The position numbers were made by a program, and so were the translations under genes. Below, piece after piece: positions 8,076 through 15,940 of a DNA stretch of 58,318 nt (its first letter is position 1; every line of letters begins with the position of its first letter). Below the pieces are notes generated by a model. The model searched no databases. It saw only the letters and a list, made by a program, of their open reading frames with translations, and was not told the origin of the DNA. The DNA is from a virus. Its lineage: Duplodnaviria; Caudoviricetes. The stretch spans positions 1 to 58,318 of IMG/VR virus record IMGVR_UViG_3300021373_000362; one strand, 5' to 3'.

Positions 8076-8423
8076 ATGAGTATTGATGATGCAACACCTC
8101 GCGACTGGGATAGGTTACGTAAACTTGCCCCCGCCATAGAAAAGACTGAGCCAACCGGATTAGATAAAACCGGACTGGAGAGATGGGGTGTGACGGATAC
8201 CCAATCGGATATGGTCAATCACCCCGATCACTACACCTACGGCAACATCGAATGCATTGAGGGTATAGAAGCAAGTATGACGCCCGAAGCATTCGAGGGG
8301 TACTGCAAGGGTGCAGTGCTCAAGTATATATGGAGATATGAGCGGAAGGGTAAGCCGTTAGAAGACCTGAAGAAAGCGCAGTGGTACCTAAACAAGTTAA
8401 TAGAGGCTACTGACTATGAGTAA
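8076..8423 (+). CDS. DUF3310 (T7 gp1.7 / SaV-like) protein
   Basis: DMVNHPDHY...ECI...KYIWR...K...EDLKKAQWYL. Confidence 0.85.
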   Translation: MSIDDATPRDWDRLRKLAPAIEKTEPTGLDKTGLERWGVTDTQSDMVNHPDHYTYGNIECIEGIEASMTPEAFEGYCKGAVLKYIWRYERKGKPLEDLKKAQWYLNKLIEATDYE

Positions 8424-8754
8424 GGGTAGCCGTCAACGCCCAACTACCAAGGAGTTTTGGGACAACTGGGATAACGTGTTTGGGGATAAGGAAGCCCCCA
8501 AGCATATTACCGAAGCCGAGCACAAGGCAGACATGGAAGTAGTGGACATAGAGGAAGACGAAGGGATGAAAACATACGAAGCGTATGTCATCGGCGGCAC
8601 AAGCCGCAGGGTAATAATCGAGGCCAAGAACCTAGTCGAGGCTGAACTCGAGGCTATTCGGGAGTTCACCGCACTCGTTGGTGCTGAAGGTCATGTTGAG
8701 GTTGTGGACATAGAGCAATGTTTAGACGTCCACGACCATCGACGTGGAGGATGA
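8416..8754 (+). CDS. Hypothetical protein (112 aa), possibly two fused small genes
   Basis: N-terminal MSKGSRQRP...DNWDNVFG; internal ATG (MKTYEAY) with its own purine-rich RBS. Confidence 0.65.
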   Translation: MSKGSRQRPTTKEFWDNWDNVFGDKEAPKHITEAEHKADMEVVDIEEDEGMKTYEAYVIGGTSRRVIIEAKNLVEAELEAIREFTALVGAEGHVEVVDIEQCLDVHDHRRGG

Positions 8755-10592
8755 AGATGGACTTGATAACGGTTGACTTTGAAACGTATTATGACAAGGA
8801 CTTCTCTCTCCGTAAAATGACAACAGAAGCCTACATACGTGATCCTCGCTTTGAGGTAGTGGGTGTAGGGGTGAAGGTAAATAACAATGCTACAGAATGG
8901 GCTAGTGGTACGCACGAAGAACTTAAAGAATACTTACATTCATTCGATTGGGGTTCATCTGTACTACTATGTCATAACACTTTGTTTGATGGCGCTATTC
9001 TTAGTTGGCTATTTGACATTCATCCTCGCATTCTTACTGACACCCTTTGTATTGCTCGTGCTCTTCACGGTGTTGAAGTTGGCGGCTCTCTCCATGCGCT
9101 TACGCAGAGATACGGCCTCGGCACTAAAGGGACGGAAGTACTAGATGCGATAGGTAAGCGTAGGTTGGACTTTACTGATGCAGAGTTAGATAAGTATGGC
9201 GACTACTGCATAAATGACGTGGAACTAACCTATAAGTTGTTTAATGTTATGGGCAGAGGCTTCCCGAAGAACGAACTCCGGTTGATAGACTGTACGCTAC
9301 GTATGTTCGTGGAGCCTGTACTGGAGTTGGATTTGGGGCTACTGGAACAACATCTGGAAGATACCAAACAGATAAAAGAGGACTTGATAACGTCTTCTGG
9401 TGTTACAAAGAAAGAACTTATGAGCAACCCTAAGTTTGCCGAATTGCTTGAGGGGCTAGGTGTGATACCCCCCACAAAGATAAGCCTTACCACAGGCAAG
9501 GAAACATTCGCGTTCGCCAAGAACGATGAACAATTCAAGGCATTGGAGAACCATACTAACCCTAAAGTACAAGCACTTGTAACCGCTAGGCTAGGCACGA
9601 AGAGTACGCTTGAGGAATCACGTACTGAGAGGTTTATAGGTATAGCTAAACGCGGACTTCTCCCGGTTCCTGTAAGATACTACGCGGCACACACTGGTAG
9701 GTGGGGTGGCGATGACAAGATCAACATACAAAATTTACCTAGCCGTGGTGTGAATGGTAAGAAGTTAAAGAACAGTATGCTTGCCCCCGAAGGATACACG
9801 ATGGTTGACTGTGACTCGTCGCAGATCGAAGCGCGTGTACTGGCGTGGCTTGCAGGGCAGGATGATTTAGTCCAAGCGTTTACCGATAAGGAAGACGTGT
9901 ATATAAAGATGGCATCTAAGATATACAACATACCAGAAGAAGTGGTCACGAAAGACCAACGCTTTGTAGGTAAGACCACCATTTTGGGCGCAGGGTATGG
10001 TATGGGTGCGGTACGCTTTGCAGATCAACTACAGTCGTTCGGTACTCACATGGATGTAGAGGAAGCACGAAGGGTAATCCGAATCTACCGAGATGCTAAC
10101 TGGAAGATAAACACGTTATGGCGTGATTGTCAGAACATGCTGGTGGAGATGTCGCGTGGTAACTCGGGTAGTCTCGGCCCCAATGGGATAATCAAGTACG
10201 GGGCTGACGGGCGTAATGGTTGGATACTACTACCGTCTGGACTCAAGATGCGGTATGACGACTTACAGTACGAGCAAGGCGAGCGTGGGCCGGAGTTTAA
10301 GTATAAGACTAGGCGCGGGTACACTAGGATATATGGCGGTAAGGTTACAGAGAACATATGCCAAGCGGTAGCTAGATGTATCATCGGAGATCAGATGTTA
10401 GCGATTGCTAAAAGGTATAAGGTGGCTTTGACTGTACACGATTCCGTGGTATGTTGTGTACCAGAGGATGAACTTGAAGAAGCTACACGTTATATTGAAG
10501 AGTGTATGAGTAGCACCGCACCGTGGGCAGAAGGCTTACCCATTACGTGCGAATCAGACAACGGTAAATCTTACGGAGAGGCGGCAGGATGA
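8751..10592 (+). CDS. polA: Family A DNA polymerase with 3'-5' exonuclease
   Basis: Exo DFET, HNTLFD, YCIND; motif A DSSQIEARVLA, motif B RFVGKTTILGAGYG, motif C VHDS; start 8751 or 8757. Confidence 0.95.
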   Translation: MKMDLITVDFETYYDKDFSLRKMTTEAYIRDPRFEVVGVGVKVNNNATEWASGTHEELKEYLHSFDWGSSVLLCHNTLFDGAILSWLFDIHPRILTDTLCIARALHGVEVGGSLHALTQRYGLGTKGTEVLDAIGKRRLDFTDAELDKYGDYCINDVELTYKLFNVMGRGFPKNELRLIDCTLRMFVEPVLELDLGLLEQHLEDTKQIKEDLITSSGVTKKELMSNPKFAELLEGLGVIPPTKISLTTGKETFAFAKNDEQFKALENHTNPKVQALVTARLGTKSTLEESRTERFIGIAKRGLLPVPVRYYAAHTGRWGGDDKINIQNLPSRGVNGKKLKNSMLAPEGYTMVDCDSSQIEARVLAWLAGQDDLVQAFTDKEDVYIKMASKIYNIPEEVVTKDQRFVGKTTILGAGYGMGAVRFADQLQSFGTHMDVEEARRVIRIYRDANWKINTLWRDCQNMLVEMSRGNSGSLGPNGIIKYGADGRNGWILLPSGLKMRYDDLQYEQGERGPEFKYKTRRGYTRIYGGKVTENICQAVARCIIGDQMLAIAKRYKVALTVHDSVVCCVPEDELEEATRYIEECMSSTAPWAEGLPITCESDNGKSYGEAAG

Positions 10593-10780
10593 GTGATATA
10601 GAAAAAGCAATGAAAGAAGCACACGAGTTTGCGGATAGAGAAATAAAGAAAGCAACTAGTACAATTACTGGATTACGTGACAAGGTTACAGAATACGCAT
10701 TTAGCACTGTAGAGACTAACAGGATAAACGCGGTAGGTTTTGCTGTAATATTACTGATACTAGGAGCATGGTTTGGGTAA
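10589..10780 (+). CDS. Hypothetical protein with C-terminal TM helix
   Basis: ATGA overlap; hydrophobic C-terminus. Confidence 0.7.
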   Translation: MSDIEKAMKEAHEFADREIKKATSTITGLRDKVTEYAFSTVETNRINAVGFAVILLILGAWFG

Positions 10781-11030
10781 CGTAACGGATATTAACGAGT
10801 TTAAACGTGCAAAAGATGTAGCTCAGAGCAACCCCGAAACTGACGGAGATTACCTGACTATAATAGTAGGAGAAACAGAAGAGGGGGAAGATATAATACT
10901 TATAGAGCAGTGCGAGATGGAAGGCACTACGGAACATAAGAACACTATATCTATGGATGAGGAAATGCTACACACCTTGATAAGCGAGTTAATAGTAACC
11001 GCAGGGATAATAAAGGGTAAGGACTTATAA
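10773..11030 (+). CDS. Hypothetical acidic protein (85 aa)
   Basis: AGGAG RBS, operon context. Confidence 0.75.
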   Translation: MGNVTDINEFKRAKDVAQSNPETDGDYLTIIVGETEEGEDIILIEQCEMEGTTEHKNTISMDEEMLHTLISELIVTAGIIKGKDL

Positions 11031-11701
11031 TGAGTATAACCCCGTGGTCGTTCTCAAAGATTAAGTCGTTTGAGCAGTGCCCTAAGAAGTTCTACCATCT
11101 CAAGGTGGCGAAGGACTACAAAGAGCCAGAGACAGAAGCCATGCTATATGGCACTGCCGTACACTTGGCCGCAGAAGAGTACATTAGGGATGGCAAACCG
11201 CTACCCGAAAAGTATAATTACTGTAAAGATGTACTTGATGTCCTGAATAACATAGAAGGCGAGAAGCTGTGCGAGTTGGAGATGGGACTCACTGAGAACC
11301 TTGAGCCGTGCGGATTCCGAGATGATAACGTGTGGTGGCGAGGTATTGCCGATTTAGTTATCCTAAACAAACGCACCAAAACAGCTTATGTGGTAGACTA
11401 CAAGACAAGTAAAAATACTAGGTACGCGGACAAAGGCCAGTTAGAACTGATGGCTATGAGCATGTTCAAGATGTACCCCAAGCTAGAGAAAGTGAAGGGT
11501 GGCCTATTATTTGTAGTGTGTGGTGAGTTAATAAAGGAAGACTACTCCAAGCCGGATGAGCCTAGGCTATGGGAGAAGTGGTTATCAGACTACAGCCGCA
11601 TGGAACAAGCATTTGAAAATGATGTGTGGAATGCCCACCAGAGTGGATTATGTCGTAGGCACTGTATCGTTACAGAGTGCGTACACAACGGGAGAAACTA
11701 A
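11030..11701 (+). CDS. PD-(D/E)XK (RecB/Cas4-like) exonuclease
   Basis: SFSKI..FEQCP, GTAVH, RGIAD, VVDYKT, QL motif, C-terminal CxxxCxxxxC. Confidence 0.9.
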   Translation: MSITPWSFSKIKSFEQCPKKFYHLKVAKDYKEPETEAMLYGTAVHLAAEEYIRDGKPLPEKYNYCKDVLDVLNNIEGEKLCELEMGLTENLEPCGFRDDNVWWRGIADLVILNKRTKTAYVVDYKTSKNTRYADKGQLELMAMSMFKMYPKLEKVKGGLLFVVCGELIKEDYSKPDEPRLWEKWLSDYSRMEQAFENDVWNAHQSGLCRRHCIVTECVHNGRN

Positions 11702-11973
11702 TGCGTAAGAAAAGAAAAAAGCAGGTCAATGCCCCTGTCGGCAGTAAAGCGTTCGAGGCTAGGATGGAGCGACAGCGTGCCAGACGTAAGATGGATAGAG
11801 AAGGTAAAGACGCCAATGGTAACGGCAAGGCTGACAAGCGTGAAGGTAAAGACGTTAGTCACAAGAAGGCACTGAGCAAAGGCGGCACTAACAAAGACGG
11901 TGTTACAGTAGAAGACCGCTCAAAAAACCGTAGTCGTAACTACAAAAAGAAAGGCAGTAGAAAGCCTAAATAA
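11701..11973 (+). CDS. Small basic HNH-like endonuclease
   Basis: GKDVSHKKALSKGGTN...NRSRN; TAATG coupling. Confidence 0.7.
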   Translation: MRKKRKKQVNAPVGSKAFEARMERQRARRKMDREGKDANGNGKADKREGKDVSHKKALSKGGTNKDGVTVEDRSKNRSRNYKKKGSRKPK

Positions 11974-12197
11974 GTATTTCTCCCTTGGTTGGGTTGACGC
12001 TTACTTGATGCGTCTTTAAATGATGTCGTGCCCCTTCCTTGTGGCATTATGGATCAGCGGCATAAAATCGAGTAGTCTAGGGGTTGTACATTACCCCATA
12101 ATGCAGACTTAGCCCTATCTGTAGACGAAGCAGGGCTACTAAATTTTTTCGCGTGACGTGGACACCCACTTCATGCTATTTCGTATCGGAGCGATAA
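11974..12197 (+). other. Structured intergenic region, candidate ncRNA or leader
   Basis: Several hairpins and an H-type pseudoknot (see findings). Confidence 0.4.
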
Positions 12198-13733
12198 ATG
12201 AAGATAGTAGATGATAAGGCGTTATTACTTACGCTACGTAACCCCGCAAAGGTTACATCGGTAATACCAAAAAGCAGGGAGTTAGCAAACAATCAAGTAC
12301 TTGTTAACTGGGGGTTAGAAGAGACACAGGTACTGCGCAACATGAATATTAATGCGCCATCTCCTATAGAATCTAAATACGATTGGACAGGTAAGTACAC
12401 TCCATTCGACCACCAAAAATCTACTGCTAGTTTCTTTACCTTACACCGTAAGGCGTTCTGCTTTAATGAACAGGGTACAGGAAAGACTGCCAGTGCTATA
12501 TGGGCATCAGACTACCTTATGGAACAAGGTGTAATTAGGCGGGTGTTAGTTATATGTCCTCTATCTATTATGGACTCCGCGTGGAGGAATGACTTATTCA
12601 GTTTTGCTATGCACCGTAAGGTAGACGTAGCGTATGGGGCGAAGGCTAAACGTACGCAGATAATAGAAGGCGATGCAGAGTACGTAATAATAAATTATGA
12701 CGGGGTAGAGATCGTGGCAGATGCCGTAGCCAACGGAGGATTTGACCTTATAATCGTTGATGAGGCTACGCACTACAAGAACCCACAGACGAAACGATGG
12801 AAAACCCTTAACAAGTTAGTTGGGCCAAGTACGTGGTTGTGGATGATGACAGGTACTCCTGCCGCGCAAAGCCCTACCGATGCGTATGGTATAGCTAAAC
12901 TCGTTAATCCCAACGGAGTGCCTAGGTTCTTTGGTTCCTTCCGCGATCAAGTTATGACAAAAATAACTAACTTCAAGTGGATACCCAAGGAAGATGCTAC
13001 CAACACAGTACATAGAGTATTACAACCTGCTATACGGTACACCAAAGAAGAATGCTTAGACTTACCTGACATGATATACACAAAGAGAGAAGTACCTCTG
13101 ACTAGGCAACAGACTAAGTACTATAAAGAATTAAAGAATAAGATGATAATGCAGGCGGCAGGAGAACAGATAAGTGCCGCCAATGCCGCAGTTAACATGA
13201 ACAAGTTACTACAAATATCCGCAGGTGCGGTATACACCGACGAGGGGGACTCTCTTGAGTTTGACATATCCCCCCGCTACAAGGTACTCCGAGAAGTAAT
13301 AGATGAGTCTAGCAAGAAGGTGTTGGTGTTCGTACCGTTCAAGCATACGATTGACCTACTGACTAATAAGCTACGTGATGATGGTATATCTACGGAGATA
13401 ATACGTGGAGATGTAAGTGCCGGTAAGCGTACCGAAATATTCAAACGGTTCCAAGAAGCTGATGATCCCCGCGTGTTGGTAATACAACCCCAATCAGCGG
13501 CACATGGTGTAACCCTAACTGCGGCAAATACAGTGGTATGGTGGGCACCTACAAGTTCCCTAGAAACATATGCTCAAGCTAACGCTCGTGTACACAGATC
13601 AGGACAAGACCACAAATGTACCGTCGTGCAGCTACAAGGTTCGCACGCAGAGAAACGTGTTTACGCACTGCTAGATAACAGAATAGACATTCACACAAAA
13701 ATGATTGATCTTTACAAAGAAATACTTGACTAG
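12198..13733 (+). CDS. SNF2-family (SF2) helicase
   Basis: EQGTGKT, DEAT, MTGTP, HGVTLT, QANARVHRSGQ. Confidence 0.93.
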   Translation: MKIVDDKALLLTLRNPAKVTSVIPKSRELANNQVLVNWGLEETQVLRNMNINAPSPIESKYDWTGKYTPFDHQKSTASFFTLHRKAFCFNEQGTGKTASAIWASDYLMEQGVIRRVLVICPLSIMDSAWRNDLFSFAMHRKVDVAYGAKAKRTQIIEGDAEYVIINYDGVEIVADAVANGGFDLIIVDEATHYKNPQTKRWKTLNKLVGPSTWLWMMTGTPAAQSPTDAYGIAKLVNPNGVPRFFGSFRDQVMTKITNFKWIPKEDATNTVHRVLQPAIRYTKEECLDLPDMIYTKREVPLTRQQTKYYKELKNKMIMQAAGEQISAANAAVNMNKLLQISAGAVYTDEGDSLEFDISPRYKVLREVIDESSKKVLVFVPFKHTIDLLTNKLRDDGISTEIIRGDVSAGKRTEIFKRFQEADDPRVLVIQPQSAAHGVTLTAANTVVWWAPTSSLETYAQANARVHRSGQDHKCTVVQLQGSHAEKRVYALLDNRIDIHTKMIDLYKEILD

Positions 13734-13754
13734 CTAATAATAAGTCACTAAAGT
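13726..13754 (+). promoter_or_regulatory. Sigma70-like promoter for the SSB/primase genes
   Basis: TTGACT-17 bp-TAAAGT. Confidence 0.65.
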
Positions 13755-13782
13755 TAACCTCCCGTTAGTAAAGGAGCGCGTA

Positions 13783-14181
13783 ATGAGTGAAAGCAAGTCT
13801 ACCGCAGAACAGTTAACCAAGGTTTATCTCAAGATAAAGGATAAGCGTTCAGAACTTTCAGCGGAGTTTAAAGAGAAAGACGGCAAACTGTCCGAGCAGA
13901 TGGATAAGGTAAAGAAAGCCTTGTTGGAGTACTGCAAGGAGCAGGGCGTCGATAGTGTAAAAACTTCAGCGGGACTGTTTTATCGGTCTGCAAAGACTAG
14001 GTATTGGACTAGTGATTGGAGCCATATGCACGAGTTTGTTTTAGAGCATGAAGCACCAGAGTTACTTGATAAACGACTCAACCAATCAAATATGAAGCAG
14101 TTTCTGGAAGAAAACCCCGACCTTGTACCTAAAGGTCTTAACGTAGACTCAGAATATGTAGTCTCAGTAAGGAGGAAATAA
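13783..14181 (+). CDS. Conserved phage replication-module protein (coiled-coil N-terminus)
   Basis: AAGGAG RBS; 132-aa ORF. Confidence 0.8.
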   Translation: MSESKSTAEQLTKVYLKIKDKRSELSAEFKEKDGKLSEQMDKVKKALLEYCKEQGVDSVKTSAGLFYRSAKTRYWTSDWSHMHEFVLEHEAPELLDKRLNQSNMKQFLEENPDLVPKGLNVDSEYVVSVRRK

Positions 14182-14432
14182 TGTCAGCGGCATTTGTACC
14201 GATTGAAAATGTAGCAAAACACTTCACTGTGTCAGTATCAACGATACGTGCGTGGCTACGGGCAGGTAAGATACCTGCGAATACCTATATAAAGGTAGGT
14301 TCTACTTATCGCTTTAATTTACCCGATGTAGAATCGGCCCTTGTAGGTAAACCCACAGAGATTGTGGAAGAAGCACCCCAAGGTGACTTGATGTATGAGC
14401 AGTTAGAGTTAGATTTGGATGATGACGCCTGA
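14181..14432 (+). CDS. Excisionase-like HTH DNA-binding protein
   Basis: IENVAKHFTVSVSTIRAWLRAGKIP...KVGSTYRF. Confidence 0.8.
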   Translation: MSAAFVPIENVAKHFTVSVSTIRAWLRAGKIPANTYIKVGSTYRFNLPDVESALVGKPTEIVEEAPQGDLMYEQLELDLDDDA

Positions 14433-15109
14433 TGAGTAGTAGCGGACTACGCCGAATCAGTATACGTGGTGGCAAGTTTCACGTTATAGCTGATGGTGAG
14501 GAAGTTACTAGGGACTTAGGTTATATGGATGTGGTGATAGTAAATGCCGCTCCAGTTTCTCGCGCTTACTATGGCGATGCGTATGACCCCAATAGGGTTG
14601 CGGTACCTACGTGTTGGTCTGCCGACACACAAGTACCTTCAGTAGATGTACCCCAAGATCAGCGGCAAGCAATGCGCTGTATGGACTGCCCTCAAAATAT
14701 AAGAGGTTCTGGCCAGTACGGGGGTAGGGCTTGCCGGTTTGCACAGCGATTAGCAGTTGCATTTAAGGACAGCCCTGAAGAGGTGTATCAGTTACAGATA
14801 CCTGCCACGTCTATATTTGGCAGTACTAATAGCGGAGACATGGGTATGCAAAATTACGCCCGTTTACTCGCTAAACATGACACACCTGTAGTTACTATCA
14901 CCACCAGAATTTATTTTGATGAGGATAGTGTTGTACCAAAACTTTGCTTTAAGCCTATAGATCGCTTAGACGAAGACACGATTGGTAGGGTTTCGGCCAT
15001 GATTGACCATGAGGATACTGCTCAGGCGATCACTATGTCTATCCCTATAACAAGTGAACCTGTGTCTCCGTTTGGTGTGGTGGAAGGTTTCGAGTTAAAT
15101 GCAAATTAA
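14432..15109 (+). CDS. Conserved Cys-containing replication protein (possible SSB or annealing factor)
   Basis: RISIRGGKF; CWS...CMDCPQN..GS....RACR; function inferred from context. Confidence 0.65.
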   Translation: MSSSGLRRISIRGGKFHVIADGEEVTRDLGYMDVVIVNAAPVSRAYYGDAYDPNRVAVPTCWSADTQVPSVDVPQDQRQAMRCMDCPQNIRGSGQYGGRACRFAQRLAVAFKDSPEEVYQLQIPATSIFGSTNSGDMGMQNYARLLAKHDTPVVTITTRIYFDEDSVVPKLCFKPIDRLDEDTIGRVSAMIDHEDTAQAITMSIPITSEPVSPFGVVEGFELNAN

Positions 15110-15127
15110 TCATTTAGGATTTATAAG

Positions 15128-15850
15128 ATGGCTACAAATAATCAGTATGTAATATCAGACGTTGAGGCTCTATGGCCTCGTATCAATAAGACTTACAAGT
15201 TCGATAACGCGGAAAACCGCACCGTAGCGTGTGACCCGTTTGACGATGGCGCTAAGTATGAAACCCGCTTCCGTATGACTAAAGACCAAGCCAAGGCTCT
15301 GTTCGTAGAGATGGTTAAGGCGTACGAAGCAAAGAAAGAGAAAGGGTGGCCTGACAAGTTCGACATGCCTTTCAAGAAAGAAGAAGACGGTACTTATACG
15401 CATAAAGCGTCTTTGAAAGGGGCATATGGTAAAGACGCTACCTATAAGCCTGTACAGTACGATGCGAAAAGCGTTAAACTACCAGACGACTTCATGCTAA
15501 CCACAGGCAGTACTGTTAACATTGCCGTTACGTTTACTCCTTATAATATGCGTGAAGCGGGAGTATCTCTAAGGCTACGTGCGGTGCAGGTTACGAAGTA
15601 CGTACCTATGGAAGCGGCATCCCCGTTTGGTACTGTAGAGGGAGGATTTCAGTTCTCTGCGGAAGACAATCCGTTTGAAGTAGCTGAAGCCCCTGCTCAA
15701 GCCCCTGCGGAAGTAGTAACTGATGAGTTGTTTGGGGATGATGAACCCGCAAAAGTTGAGGAGCCAAAGAAAGTGGTTAAGAAAAAAGCTCCTGCACCAA
15801 AAGCATCTGACGATGCACTGGCTGATATAGTAGCCGACTGGGACGACTAG
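15128..15850 (+). CDS. Single-stranded DNA-binding protein (T7 gp2.5-like)
   Basis: GSTVNI...GVSLRLRAVQV OB-fold signature; acidic tail ending DWDD. Confidence 0.75.
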   Translation: MATNNQYVISDVEALWPRINKTYKFDNAENRTVACDPFDDGAKYETRFRMTKDQAKALFVEMVKAYEAKKEKGWPDKFDMPFKKEEDGTYTHKASLKGAYGKDATYKPVQYDAKSVKLPDDFMLTTGSTVNIAVTFTPYNMREAGVSLRLRAVQVTKYVPMEAASPFGTVEGGFQFSAEDNPFEVAEAPAQAPAEVVTDELFGDDEPAKVEEPKKVVKKKAPAPKASDDALADIVADWDD

Positions 15851-15866
15851 TCCTGCAAGACTAAAC

Positions 15867-15936
15867 TGTAGCTAGGTTATATTCCGAAAAGGGCGTGCAA
15901 GCGCCCCTGCTACAATACCTCTCGGATTTAGGTATT
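15867..15936 (+). promoter_or_regulatory. Structured leader upstream of the primase gene
   Basis: Nested stems plus an RBS-covering hairpin (see findings). Confidence 0.45.
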
Positions 15937-15940
15937 TATT

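Noticed and set aside
11030-11701. Cas4 as evidence of a CRISPR system
   Set aside because: A stand-alone PD-(D/E)XK exonuclease in a replication module is common in phages; no cas1, cas2 or array
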